A stretch of DNA of 64,000 nt from Alphaproteobacteria bacterium UBA830 (GTDB lineage: Bacteria; Pseudomonadota; Alphaproteobacteria; MPNO01; UBA830), in assembly GCA_002295635.1 (NCBI GenBank), contig DBHK01000003.1, positions 12,561 to 76,560 on the forward strand. Direction: 5' to 3'. The position numbers and the translations under genes were made by a program. The notes under the pieces are model-generated. The model was given only the letters and a program-made list of their open reading frames with translations, made no database searches and had not been told where the DNA came from. Shown here in pieces: positions 49,456 through 59,744 of the stretch; the first letter of the stretch is position 1; the number at the start of each line of letters is the position of its first letter.

Positions 49456-51090
49456 ATGACCGAAACACCCATCGTGATCGTCGGAGGCGGGCCTGTCGGC
49501 TTAAATCTTGCCTTGGACTTGGCCTGGCGACAGGTGCCCTGCATGTTAGTTAATCAGGGGAAAACGACAGCAGATCATCCACAGGGTAACACCAATAATG
49601 CGCGAACAATGGAAATCTACCGACGGCTTGGTATCGCCGATAGAATTCGGGACGTGGGGCTGCCGATAGATCATTGCGGCGACGCGATTTTCGTCACGCG
49701 GATAAATGCTCATGAAATTGGACGTATCAAAATACCCAGCGTCCGAGATCGTCTGAAACCGGGGTCCATCGATCTGGAACTTGGCCCCGAGCCTCTGCAA
49801 CGTGCCTCTCAGATGTTCGTAGAAAGGGTACTGAAAGAAGAGCTTGATACCAAGGCTACCGTGGATATGCGGTTTGGCTGGAAAATGATTTCGTTCGAAC
49901 CTTCAGACGAGGCGGTTATTGTCGAAATCCAGAATATTGATACTGGCAAAATTGAGACCGTCTCCTGCGGATATCTGGTGGGTTGCGACGGCGGTCGCAG
50001 CACAGTCCGACGCAGCCTCGGTATTGAATACGTCGGTAAGTCAGGCGAAGAAGTCGATTTCATGATGGGCCAGATGCTGTCGGTCTATTTTCACGCTCCC
50101 GCACTTTACGACGTAATGAAGACCGATGCGCCATGGCAATTTCATTCAATGAATCCCCAAGGCCGAGCCTCAATTGTTGCGTTGGACGGGAAAGGACATT
50201 TTCTTACCTGGGCTAAGCTGGAACCGGGACAAGACGCCTATTCGATAGATCCTCGCCCCTATATCTGGCGCGTGGTCGGGGAAGAAATACCGGTAAATAT
50301 ACTTTCGTCTAAACCGTGGCAGGCAGGTTTGTCATTGGTTGCCAATGAATATCAGCGGGGTCGTGTGATCCTAGCAGGCGATTCTGTGCATCTGTTCACA
50401 CCCACCGGCGGGTTCGGAATGAATACTGGCGTCGGCGATGCCGAAAATCTTGGCTGGAAGCTGGAAGCATGGAATAGCGGCTGGGCGGGTGATCGTCTGA
50501 TCGGTACCTACGAGTGCGAGCGCCGCCCGGTAGCTATCCGCAACCTCGCTCAGTCCTATGCATTGGCGCAAGATAAGTCTGCACTTTCGGTTCCTCCCGC
50601 AATTGAGGACGAAACACCCGAAGGTGAGGCGTTAAGGGCAGATCTCGGTATTCGCACCGAAAAGACCCTGGCGGAAGAGTACTATTGTATGGGTATCCAA
50701 CTCGGCGCGCGATATGACGGTTCCCCTTTAATATGTGCCGAGCATGGTGATGTTCCGGTAAGCGATCCCTTCACTTATATTCCAACTGCGTGGCCTGGGG
50801 GTCGCGCACCACATTGTTGGCTGGCAGACGGCACAGCGCTGTTCGACCATTTCGGCAAGGGGTTCACCCTACTTCGCCTCGGGAGTTCCATAGCTGATAC
50901 ATCGGCTCTAGAGCGGGTAGCTGAAGAAAAAGGCGTGCCGCTAAGCATTTTCTCGGTCGACAACCCACAGATCCGCGCCCTGTATGAAGCAGATCTGGCG
51001 CTTATACGGCCGGACCAATACGTGGCATGGCGCGGAGAGGCAGTGCCGGATAACCCGTCGGCTTTGATTGATTGTGTGAGGGGTGCCTGA
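49456..51090 (+). CDS. FAD-dependent monooxygenase (PheA/TfdB-like)
   Basis: GGGPVG, GCDGGRS, AGDSVH...PTGGFGMNTG, C-terminal IRPDQYVAWR. Confidence 0.9.
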   Translation: MTETPIVIVGGGPVGLNLALDLAWRQVPCMLVNQGKTTADHPQGNTNNARTMEIYRRLGIADRIRDVGLPIDHCGDAIFVTRINAHEIGRIKIPSVRDRLKPGSIDLELGPEPLQRASQMFVERVLKEELDTKATVDMRFGWKMISFEPSDEAVIVEIQNIDTGKIETVSCGYLVGCDGGRSTVRRSLGIEYVGKSGEEVDFMMGQMLSVYFHAPALYDVMKTDAPWQFHSMNPQGRASIVALDGKGHFLTWAKLEPGQDAYSIDPRPYIWRVVGEEIPVNILSSKPWQAGLSLVANEYQRGRVILAGDSVHLFTPTGGFGMNTGVGDAENLGWKLEAWNSGWAGDRLIGTYECERRPVAIRNLAQSYALAQDKSALSVPPAIEDETPEGEALRADLGIRTEKTLAEEYYCMGIQLGARYDGSPLICAEHGDVPVSDPFTYIPTAWPGGRAPHCWLADGTALFDHFGKGFTLLRLGSSIADTSALERVAEEKGVPLSIFSVDNPQIRALYEADLALIRPDQYVAWRGEAVPDNPSALIDCVRGA

Positions 51091-51227
51091 CCCTCGGCGC
51101 ACCGTTTGTTACTCATTTCCCGATTTGATTATCTCAACCTTTTTCTTATACCCTTCCATCTCCGGACCAGCCCTGTATTCTAACAGTACTTTGGGTAACA
51201 TCGAATTTAGATGAGGGACTATAGGCG

Positions 51228-53189
51228 ATGCCCATAGAAGTAGATTGGTGCAAATACGACGTTGTTGTCGTAGGGTCCGGCGGCGCGGGCAGCCACGCGG
51301 CACAGGCCGCTGCGGCTAATGGTGCGCGTGTACTGGTGGTTTCTAAAGATCCTATCGGATGTTCGGATACCAAGATTTCCGAGGGTATCGCGACAGTTCG
51401 AGAATCTGGGTCAGACGATGATTCGGAGGAAACGCTGTCGGAGAATCTAAAAATAGCGGGTGGCGATCTGCCGGTTAATGCGATTACGAACGCATTCGCT
51501 GCTGATAGCAAGGGCGCATATGATACCTACAGAGTACAGGGATTGCGTCCAGACATTAATACTTCCCGCAATACGCCCAAACCCTTGCCGCTTCCAATGG
51601 GTGGCCATACTCGGCGGCGTTCCGTCGGTCACCGTAACAGCGGTATCGCATTCGGCCATGCAAACTGGAATGCCGTTGTCCAAGGGGACCGCATCGATTA
51701 CATCGAAGATAGCTGGTTTCTTGATCTTGTGACGGATGACGGAGAAGGCGGCGCACCCAGATCTGTGGTCGGTGGAATCATTTATCACGCTGCACTTGGT
51801 AAGTTGATCGCCGTTAAAACATCTTCCGTAATAATTGCCTCAGGAGGTTTATCGACCCTTTATTTTCCAAAAACCGACACAATGCGCGGTAATACGGGTG
51901 ATTCCTATGCAATAGCTGTGCGTGCTGGTGCCGATCTAGTTGATATGGAGCAGGTTCAGTTTCTACCGTTCTGCCTGGCGTCGCCTCCTTCTTTCGAGGG
52001 CCTTTTGGTCGGTGAGCCTGTGACGGCGAGTTATCTCGGAGTCCTGCGCGATAAATATGGCAAAGTCATTTTGGACAGTGTTTTTTTGCGGACTCGAGCG
52101 GAGTGCTCATCGGCGATTATGCGAGCGGTCGAAGATGGCCGCGGAAGCCCCAATGGCGGAGCTTATCTGGATATGACGGCGAATAAACGACCACCGCGAT
52201 CGGGTCCCTATTTCATGCGATTTGTCGAATCCGCATTACCGTCGGCTTACAAGGTTGCGCGGCAGGCGATGAGTAAGGCAGCCGGCAACTGTGAAGTACC
52301 CTGGGAGGTACGCCCTAGTGCCCACTATATGATGGGAGGTATTCGTGCCAACGAACACGGTGCTTCGGTTTCCGGGGCGGGTGATGGATTTGCTGATAGT
52401 GGCGTCGCTGGGTTGTTTACGGCAGGCCAGGCAATGGGCGGTGTCTTCGGCGCTAATCGTTTAGGTTCCACTTCGTTGACCGAAGGAGCGGTGTTTGGCC
52501 GGCGAGCCGGAGAAGCTGCAGCAAACCGTGCGAGAAAAACCGCCTCGCTACAAAGCCAAAACGATGCGTTTTCTTCGCTAATTGAAAGTTTTCGAAAAAG
52601 GTTTGGACAAAAGGGGGGCTGTGCAGCTGCTACCCTCAAGCTCGAACTTCAGAGAGCAGCCTGGATTAATATAGGGCCAATTCGGACCGCTGATCGGATA
52701 AATGAAATGGAACGCGTTCTTTCCGATCTTGAGGTGAAACTCGAGGATGTAGCTATTCCGGAATACACGGAGTGGAACCAAGCCTTTATCGAGTTTGAAG
52801 AATTACGCAATTTGATCTTTTGTGCGCGGGGTATTTCTCTTGCAGCCCGGGAACGGGATGGCAGCTTGGGAGGACATGTGCGGTTGGATCGTAAACAGAT
52901 TTCGTCTTTTTCTCACCCGTATTCCACAGTTGTGTCGAAAAATCCGGAGGGAAGTTGGCAGGTGCGACGCGTTGACCGGGATCGAACGCCACTGCGACAG
53001 ATTATAGCTTTCAAGTACCACGATGCGAAACGCAAGGCTGGGGTCAAGTGGCTACGTATTCTTCCTGCCGGTATGCAGGACCGGGCGTTGGAAAAGAAAT
53101 ATCTTGCCGTTATGGGCGCCGACGGGGCGACAAAAGAAGTGATGCCCGGTGGTAGAGCCGCCGCCGTCGGAGAGGGAACGGAGGCATGA
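51228..53189 (+). CDS. SdhA/FrdA/NadB-family flavoprotein, divergent
   Basis: GSGGAG, ASGG, NTGD, DMEQVQFLP, HYMMGG, GANRLGSTSL, RDGSLGGH. Confidence 0.88.
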   Translation: MPIEVDWCKYDVVVVGSGGAGSHAAQAAAANGARVLVVSKDPIGCSDTKISEGIATVRESGSDDDSEETLSENLKIAGGDLPVNAITNAFAADSKGAYDTYRVQGLRPDINTSRNTPKPLPLPMGGHTRRRSVGHRNSGIAFGHANWNAVVQGDRIDYIEDSWFLDLVTDDGEGGAPRSVVGGIIYHAALGKLIAVKTSSVIIASGGLSTLYFPKTDTMRGNTGDSYAIAVRAGADLVDMEQVQFLPFCLASPPSFEGLLVGEPVTASYLGVLRDKYGKVILDSVFLRTRAECSSAIMRAVEDGRGSPNGGAYLDMTANKRPPRSGPYFMRFVESALPSAYKVARQAMSKAAGNCEVPWEVRPSAHYMMGGIRANEHGASVSGAGDGFADSGVAGLFTAGQAMGGVFGANRLGSTSLTEGAVFGRRAGEAAANRARKTASLQSQNDAFSSLIESFRKRFGQKGGCAAATLKLELQRAAWINIGPIRTADRINEMERVLSDLEVKLEDVAIPEYTEWNQAFIEFEELRNLIFCARGISLAARERDGSLGGHVRLDRKQISSFSHPYSTVVSKNPEGSWQVRRVDRDRTPLRQIIAFKYHDAKRKAGVKWLRILPAGMQDRALEKKYLAVMGADGATKEVMPGGRAAAVGEGTEA

Positions 53190-53917
53190 GGGTCGATATT
53201 GTAACCCGTCGCGATGGAGAGGAGGTCGTTGTCGAGTACGATTACGCTCCGCGCGAGGAAGACGAAAGACCCATGGTTCTGGATGTTCTGCTACAGGCGC
53301 AGGCTACAGAAATGCCTGACCTTGCCTTCAGGTACGGGTGCCGCGCCCGGAATTGCGGTGTCTGTACAGTCGATATCAATGATCGTCCGCGGATCGCCTG
53401 TCGCGCTCGTATCAAGGAAGGTGATCGGGTAAGCCCAATGGCGTCCCTTCCCGCATTGAGCGATCTAGTGGTACGCCGCGACGGGGTCGCGAGACAAATG
53501 CGCGGCCGCTTAGCGACGGTAAGGCAGGGTAACGATCTCAACGTTAATGCACCCACAGATTATCACGCCCTGACGGGTTGTATCGAATGTTATGCTTGCT
53601 TGCATGAATGCCCGATGCACGCGCGCAATTTTGGCGGCGGGCTACCTGCTAATCAATCTGTCGAGGAGCAGCCTGACCCAGGGGCGGGATATCCTTTCGG
53701 AAATCCCTTCACTTTGCTAAAGCTTCAGCGTATTCGTCTCGACCCCCTTACGTCGGAAGCTGGAAAAACTCGAGCCCTAGAAAACGCCATTGATCTGGGG
53801 CTTGACGCCTGCGTCGGCTGCAAGGGTTGCAAATGCGGCGTAGGTATCGACCTAATGGGTATAGTCGTAAGGCCGTTGCTGGAGACAGGCCGGGACCAAA
53901 TATGTCGAAAAGACTAG
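53186..53917 (+). CDS. SdhB/FrdB-like iron-sulfur protein
   Basis: CRARNCGVC...IAC (2Fe-2S), CIECYACLHECP, CVGCKGCKC; ATGA overlap with the flavoprotein. Confidence 0.88.
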   Translation: MRVDIVTRRDGEEVVVEYDYAPREEDERPMVLDVLLQAQATEMPDLAFRYGCRARNCGVCTVDINDRPRIACRARIKEGDRVSPMASLPALSDLVVRRDGVARQMRGRLATVRQGNDLNVNAPTDYHALTGCIECYACLHECPMHARNFGGGLPANQSVEEQPDPGAGYPFGNPFTLLKLQRIRLDPLTSEAGKTRALENAIDLGLDACVGCKGCKCGVGIDLMGIVVRPLLETGRDQICRKD

Positions 53918-54138
53918 GTCAGTAGTCTAATCACCATCGCCAGCGATTGCCCGACGATCTGTTATTTCATCAAAAATGATCGGCCTCCTAAGGCTATGAC
54001 TATGAGTAATTAGGGCGTTCAGGTGATTTTAATTTTGAAATTCCACGATCGACCAGACTCGAAGTTGCGTCGGGAGGCGGTTGGCAGCGTTCGAGGGCTC
54101 TATTACTTAATTATCACTGGATTTCACGTTTTTTACTG

Positions 54139-55230
54139 CTATTGACCGATCGCGGCGTTTACAGCGGGCATAACCTTTTCAGCCATTAGTTCCATTGATC
54201 TTTTCCCTAACTTTTTGTCTTCCCAGTCCTTGCCCGCGTATAGAAGTGTACCGAAATCACCTGTTACTTCCCGAAAAGCGAGAATCTGGTCAACGACGCT
54301 ATTCACATCGCCGGCTATGACTATATTGTCCAAAATGTAATCAAGACTTAGGTCCTTATCAGGGAAATTTCGTTTTGGCTTAAAAACGGCGTGTCGATTC
54401 CCCTTTTTGAGTTTGGTGTATAGTTGCTTGTAATAGAAGCGATAGGGGCTTCGCAGGTTGTTTCTGCCATAATCAAGCGCTGTATTATGGTCATCGTGTA
54501 CGAAAATTGATCGTGCAACTCGCCAGTCTTGGGAATCGGCTTCGCGGCCCACGTCTTTGCAACCCTGCTGGTAGTTATTCCAATGGGTTTTTACCCATTT
54601 TTCGAGAAGGAAATTTGCAGAAATAGGCAGAAAACCTTTCTTACCCATTTTAATCACTCCTTTTGAAAAGGGTGCCACCACAGTACAGACGATCGGGGGA
54701 TGCGGTTTTTGGTAGGGTTTGGCGATGGGACCTAACCCAATTTCCGGCATTATTGTATTCTGTGTCGAAATCGTCCAATGCTTGCCCCTGAGGTTGTAGG
54801 GTGGGTCGCCTTTCCAAATATTAAGAATGTGGGTGATCGACTCGGCAAACATCTCGTTACGGTCCATGCCCCGAATATCAAGCGCCTCCGCATCCGACTC
54901 TAGGGCACCCGGACTTATCCCGAAGATGAACCGGCCTTTGAGCATGTGATCCATCATGGCTGCCTGCGCCGCAACTAGCACGGGATGAGTATGCGAGAGA
55001 TTCGTCGTACCTGTACCCAGCTTGATCTGTTTTGTGTCGGTGATCAGGCTAGCTAAGAATAGCATTGAATTAGTTATGCTTTCTGAAGCGTCGGTCAGGT
55101 GCTCGCCCACGTAAGCCTCGGAGTAGCCCATCCTATCTGCTAGAATGATGGCTTCTCGGTCTTCTTGTAGACATTCCGTATAATTTCGGTCCAGTCGATG
55201 TACCGGCATGGTAAAGAACCCGATTTTCAC
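54139..55230 (-). CDS. LLM-class (luciferase-like) flavin-dependent monooxygenase
   Basis: GFFTMP, YVGEH, IKLGTG, KPYQKPHPP, MAEKVMP. Confidence 0.9.
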   Translation of the reverse strand: MKIGFFTMPVHRLDRNYTECLQEDREAIILADRMGYSEAYVGEHLTDASESITNSMLFLASLITDTKQIKLGTGTTNLSHTHPVLVAAQAAMMDHMLKGRFIFGISPGALESDAEALDIRGMDRNEMFAESITHILNIWKGDPPYNLRGKHWTISTQNTIMPEIGLGPIAKPYQKPHPPIVCTVVAPFSKGVIKMGKKGFLPISANFLLEKWVKTHWNNYQQGCKDVGREADSQDWRVARSIFVHDDHNTALDYGRNNLRSPYRFYYKQLYTKLKKGNRHAVFKPKRNFPDKDLSLDYILDNIVIAGDVNSVVDQILAFREVTGDFGTLLYAGKDWEDKKLGKRSMELMAEKVMPAVNAAIGQ

Positions 55231-55280
55231 GATGCTACTCCTGGATGCGCGCGAGGTTTTCTATCCAACAGAATTTATAA

Positions 55281-56678
55281 TTAATCACGCTGAACATAGT
55301 TCTTTTCTGAGGCCACCAGGCGGTCAACAAAACTAGTGTACGCAGCCATATCAAATTTTCGATTCAGACCTCTAGCATTCATGTAGCGAATCTTTCCGAA
55401 CACTGGTCGTTCTGTCCAGGCACGGTCATGCAGGCCATAGCACCATGCAACGTTGGCATATGAATTGGGGTCGCGCCCGTCTAAAAAATATTTGTTATTC
55501 AAATTAAGAGTTGTTTCAAAAGCTTGTTGCGGCGTCGGTGACCATTCAAGGATTTTCTTGGCCCAATACATGCGCATGTAATTTTGCATGAAACCTGTAT
55601 GAATCATCTCGCGCATAGCATCATTCCAGTGCGGATCATGCGTTTCGCAGGCTTCGAGTTCGACAATGGAATATAAATATTCCCGTTTGTCGCCAGCGTG
55701 TTCCTCTAACGTTTTTCTCGCCCAGACCGGCAGGGAACCATATATTCCGAAATTTGGTTGGAACGTGACGTAATTAATGGCGAGTTCGCGTCGTATGATG
55801 AGTTCCTCTATGAACGAATCTCGGTCGCCGGGTGTCCCTATTTCAGTGCCGCGTACCGCAAGCCCAAGTTGCACCGGCGAGATGTGCCCGAAATGTAGGT
55901 ACGGGCTAAGAAACGAAGTCTGCGCTGCCGAGGGCTCATTGCGCCCTTCAGCATAGTCTTCGAGAATATTATTCAAAAAATGATTAAGTCTTTTATGAGC
56001 TTCGTTCTCCCCCCCTTTAAACCGCTTCACGGGGGCGACTGACCAATCTATATCAAGAGCTGATAGCGTAGCATCAGGATTGAAAATATCGAAATCACTT
56101 CCCAAAGATATATTATCTGCCGAAATTTTCGGTTGAGTTTCCTCCAGCGGCAAAAGATATTGGTCTAAAACACGGTGGATTTTCGGCCGAATAGTTCTCG
56201 CGGCGTATTCCGATTTGTCTGAAGTTACGTCGACAGGCACGACGACTTCCGTTTCAACCTGAATTACAGAGCAGCCGGCTTCCTGCGCAAGTCTATTCCG
56301 CCAACCTATCTGCAGTGGTAAATAGCTACGATCACAGAAAACGACGGTAGCATCTTGGGAAATATCCAATGCGACATCAACCGGCTGTCCGTGCCGGACA
56401 ATGAAAACAACGCCGCGAGCGGCGAGGTTTTTTGCCACATCCGCGAGGCCGTCCAGCATGAAGGCATAATGTCGAGCGTTAGATTCCGGATAACAATCTG
56501 TAAGGGCGAAACAAACAAGTATAGGCAACCCATTTTCGTTAGCAGTCTGAATTGCTAACTCTAACGCGGGGTTTCCCCTACTCCGTTGTGCCTCCTGCAT
56601 CCAGTACAAAACAAATGACCCAGCAGCACGGGATCGAAGGGTGTTCAACTTTTTTATTCGAGTACTTTGAACCACCAC
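55281..56678 (-). CDS. phrB: Class II CPD photolyase
   Basis: VLYWM, EYAARTIRPKI, LSPYLHFG, YMRMYWAKKILEW, LDGRDPN, FGKIRYM; start uncertain (ORF to 56720). Confidence 0.92.
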   Translation of the reverse strand: MVVQSTRIKKLNTLRSRAAGSFVLYWMQEAQRSRGNPALELAIQTANENGLPILVCFALTDCYPESNARHYAFMLDGLADVAKNLAARGVVFIVRHGQPVDVALDISQDATVVFCDRSYLPLQIGWRNRLAQEAGCSVIQVETEVVVPVDVTSDKSEYAARTIRPKIHRVLDQYLLPLEETQPKISADNISLGSDFDIFNPDATLSALDIDWSVAPVKRFKGGENEAHKRLNHFLNNILEDYAEGRNEPSAAQTSFLSPYLHFGHISPVQLGLAVRGTEIGTPGDRDSFIEELIIRRELAINYVTFQPNFGIYGSLPVWARKTLEEHAGDKREYLYSIVELEACETHDPHWNDAMREMIHTGFMQNYMRMYWAKKILEWSPTPQQAFETTLNLNNKYFLDGRDPNSYANVAWCYGLHDRAWTERPVFGKIRYMNARGLNRKFDMAAYTSFVDRLVASEKNYVQRD

Positions 56679-56726
56679 CCACCTCGTAAAGATTATGTAT
56701 GTGTCTGAGCATCGGATCACAGATTT

Positions 56727-58082
56727 CTATTGAAGGCAAAATATCACTCTGAGGCCCGGGTGATTATCTTCGAGATATACAGATCCTTCGTGCAAATGTG
56801 CGACCGCTTCGACCAAGCTGAGACCGAGACCAGTGCCTGGCGTCGATCTTGCCGTTTCCAATCGATAGAATCGGTTAAAAACATCTTTGTGCGCGTTATA
56901 TGGGATCCCGGGCCCGGTATCCGATACCGATATTGTTCTGTCCGCTGCATGGACCGTAATCGCGCTCTCTGGTGATGAGTACTTAATCGCGTTATCGGCG
57001 AGATTCGCGATAGCTTGGAACAGTAGATCGCGATCCCCAAACACCTCAGCGGCGGCATCGCAACGCATGTTAAATATTTGGCTTTTTTCTGCCGCAACTG
57101 GTTCGTAGAGGTCGGCGACATCGGTTACCAGTTCCTTCAGATCGACCTTCGCGAAGTTTTCGCGCCGGCCCCCGGCTTCAATTTGGGATATACGTAAAAG
57201 CGCGTTAAAAATGGACAGGAGGCTATCAGCCTCCTCAATAGCTTTCTCTATGCGGGCTGTCTGACTCGTATCATTCAAACCTGAATCTTTTATTCCTTCG
57301 AGGGTCTGGCGCAAGCGCGTTAGCGGGGTGCGAAGATCATGTGCGATGTTGTCTGAAACGTGCCGAAGACCTTCCATTAAAGACTGATTGCGATCAAGCA
57401 TTTCGTTAAGCTGGGCTGAAAGGCGGTCAAACTCATCGTCAGTGCCACGTGTCGGTATGCGGCGATCCAGTGCGCCTTGAGAAATTTCCCGACTAGTCTG
57501 GTTTATGGACTCTATCCTGCGGGCAGTAGTGCGGCTCATCGCGATACCTCCGGCCAGTGCCAGTGCGATTGTGATAGCTATACCCCAAATGATGGTATTG
57601 ATTACCAGATCACGGGTACGTACCAGCACGTGGACTTCGCGTCCGACCAGAAGGTTGAGGCCACCCTGTAAAACGAAAGAGCGTGCACGGGCGAGAGACA
57701 ACTCCCCGTGCGAAGAATCTCTATCTTGGAGTTCGAATTCAATCCAGCCGCGGGAATCGGGAGTAGCTGTTGGCCAATTGCTGAGATTTCCGACCATCCT
57801 TCGTCTTAGCCGATCGGTCAGCAGGTATACCGTTCTTCCGCCTTGGTCTTTTCGGACACGTTCGGAAATAATTGCCGCGACGCCCGGAGTACCAAGTCGT
57901 TCATATTGTTCTGCTAGGCCCTTGATATCGGCGTTTATCGTTTCGTCAACCTGCTCCGAGAGCGTGCCAGCGATCGCCCAGTAAAGAAAACCCAGTAAAA
58001 TTGCCGCCGAACCACCAAACAGTATTATATAGATCAGCATTAAGCGAAACGATGCACTTCGGAGAAGCAGTGGCAGGTTCAT
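56727..58082 (-). CDS. HAMP-domain sensor histidine kinase
   Basis: Two TM segments, IAHDLRTPL, NLADNAIKY, DTGPGI, GTGLGL. Confidence 0.95.
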   Translation of the reverse strand: MNLPLLLRSASFRLMLIYIILFGGSAAILLGFLYWAIAGTLSEQVDETINADIKGLAEQYERLGTPGVAAIISERVRKDQGGRTVYLLTDRLRRRMVGNLSNWPTATPDSRGWIEFELQDRDSSHGELSLARARSFVLQGGLNLLVGREVHVLVRTRDLVINTIIWGIAITIALALAGGIAMSRTTARRIESINQTSREISQGALDRRIPTRGTDDEFDRLSAQLNEMLDRNQSLMEGLRHVSDNIAHDLRTPLTRLRQTLEGIKDSGLNDTSQTARIEKAIEEADSLLSIFNALLRISQIEAGGRRENFAKVDLKELVTDVADLYEPVAAEKSQIFNMRCDAAAEVFGDRDLLFQAIANLADNAIKYSSPESAITVHAADRTISVSDTGPGIPYNAHKDVFNRFYRLETARSTPGTGLGLSLVEAVAHLHEGSVYLEDNHPGLRVIFCLQ

Positions 58083-58765
58083 GGTTGTGAAGTACGGAGA
58101 GTATAGCCGGCGCCGCGGACAGTATGAATTAATTGCGTTTCAAATTCTTTATCGATCTTCTGTCGTAATCGGCTGATATGTACATCGATTACATTAGTCT
58201 GTGGATCAAAGTAATAATCCCAGACATGTTCGAGTAGCATGGTTCTCGTGACTACATTTCCGGAATTACGCATCAAGTATTCCAGTAGCCGGAATTCTCG
58301 GGGTTGCAAGGTAATTTCCTTGCCATCTCGTTTGACGGAGCGGGCCAAAAGATCCATTTCTAAGTCGCCTAACGCTAGCCGGGGATCTGTTCCGTGACTG
58401 GTATTCGCCACACGGCGGGTCAGTGCTTCTAAACGAGCAATCAATTCTGATGCCGCGAACGGCTTTGTTAAGTAATCGTCGCCACCTGCTTTTAGGCCCT
58501 TTACTCGGTCGCTAACCTCACCCAAAGCGCTGAGCAAAAGTGCGGGTGTAAAGTCGTCAGACGCGCGCAGGGTGCGGATAATAGATAATCCGTCAGGTGC
58601 TGGTAACATTCGGTCAACGACCAAAACATCGAAATCCTCGGTCGTAGCAAGGAAGAGGCCCTGCTTTCCCGTAACAGCAAGGGTCGCATTATGGCCGGCT
58701 TCCTCCAGTGCTTTGATGATGTATGACGCTACGTCCTCATCATCCTCTATTACGAGTATACGCAT
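58079..58765 (-). CDS. OmpR-family response regulator
   Basis: ILVIEDD, VDRMLP, DDYLTKPF, TVRGAGY. Confidence 0.95.
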   Translation of the reverse strand: MRILVIEDDEDVASYIIKALEEAGHNATLAVTGKQGLFLATTEDFDVLVVDRMLPAPDGLSIIRTLRASDDFTPALLLSALGEVSDRVKGLKAGGDDYLTKPFAASELIARLEALTRRVANTSHGTDPRLALGDLEMDLLARSVKRDGKEITLQPREFRLLEYLMRNSGNVVTRTMLLEHVWDYYFDPQTNVIDVHISRLRQKIDKEFETQLIHTVRGAGYTLRTSQP

Positions 58766-58910
58766 TTTGGGAACCTCTATTTTTCTATCAAATATGTATG
58801 GGTGCCTGCCGGTTCAGCGCAAATTAATCTTTCGTAATATTGAAGGACGGGGTCTGTGATAAGTGCAGACCCTTCCTTACTCAAAACAGAATGTCTAATA
58901 TGAAATAGGA

Positions 58911-59744
58911 TTGTCAGAAGCGCAGTATAGTCCGGTCTGCCAACATTTGCGCACTCCAGTTTGCGCTGGATCAATTAGATTGATATTTGCCTCTAATCTA
59001 TTCTACTTCAAGAAATCGGTTTCTGGACAGGTTTTGCAGCTTACATATTTCGATCCTGAAGTTCTTCCGACTGCTCTTGCCAGTTTCGCAGCGCGTCTCA
59101 AGCCGGTTTCAACTCCCGCTGCAGCTTTCAAGAGAATAGCGGAGACCACTGTAGATCGGGTGTTATTCTCAAGCCTAGAGACTCATCGTCGGGATGCGTT
59201 GGCACTGGTACGATATGTCGGTATGCCCGAAATAGACGAGCCGCCCCTTAAAGCGTTTAGCTGGGACGGAACGGCCGTTCGTACCGGTAGCGCGGCAAGC
59301 GTGCTTATTCACGAGGTAGCTCACTGGCTAGTCGCATCGCCCGAGCGGCGAGCTCTACCGGATTTCGGTCTTGGACCGGGGCCTGAAACTGGTAGAACTG
59401 AACTAGCGGAAGCCGCACGTTGCGTTGGAGATGATAAAAGAGAGGAAGAGGAATTACTAGCGTCTCTTCTGGGTATTTTACTCGAGGCTTCCCTCGGCCA
59501 ACCGGCAATTAGCGCGTTCATTGAACAGAACTGGCTGGAGGCCTGGGACCGTCCCGCTGCTGCTAATCAGTTCCTGATAACAGTTGAGAAACTCTTGACC
59601 CGCGGATTAATTGACGCCTCTGGGTTACCCGTTTTACTTCAGGACGGTAGTGTCGCGACTGCCGCGATTTCGATAAGGAATTCCGGCCACGCAAGTGCAC
59701 TGACTTCGACAATTGCAGATGCTGGGCCTTCGCTGGGGAAGTAG
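58911..59744 (+). CDS. HExxH protein resembling EF-P hydroxylase (EpmC/YfcM)
   Basis: HEVAHWLVASPERRALPDFG resembles the recalled EpmC HE[IV][AS]HWC[IV]AG..RR.L.DFG; start uncertain (possibly TTG 59034). Confidence 0.55.
   Translation: MSEAQYSPVCQHLRTPVCAGSIRLIFASNLFYFKKSVSGQVLQLTYFDPEVLPTALASFAARLKPVSTPAAAFKRIAETTVDRVLFSSLETHRRDALALVRYVGMPEIDEPPLKAFSWDGTAVRTGSAASVLIHEVAHWLVASPERRALPDFGLGPGPETGRTELAEAARCVGDDKREEEELLASLLGILLEASLGQPAISAFIEQNWLEAWDRPAAANQFLITVEKLLTRGLIDASGLPVLLQDGSVATAAISIRNSGHASALTSTIADAGPSLGK

Noticed and set aside
51228-53917. Respiratory succinate dehydrogenase sdhAB
   Set aside because: Key histidines are substituted and no anchor subunits or TCA-cycle context are present
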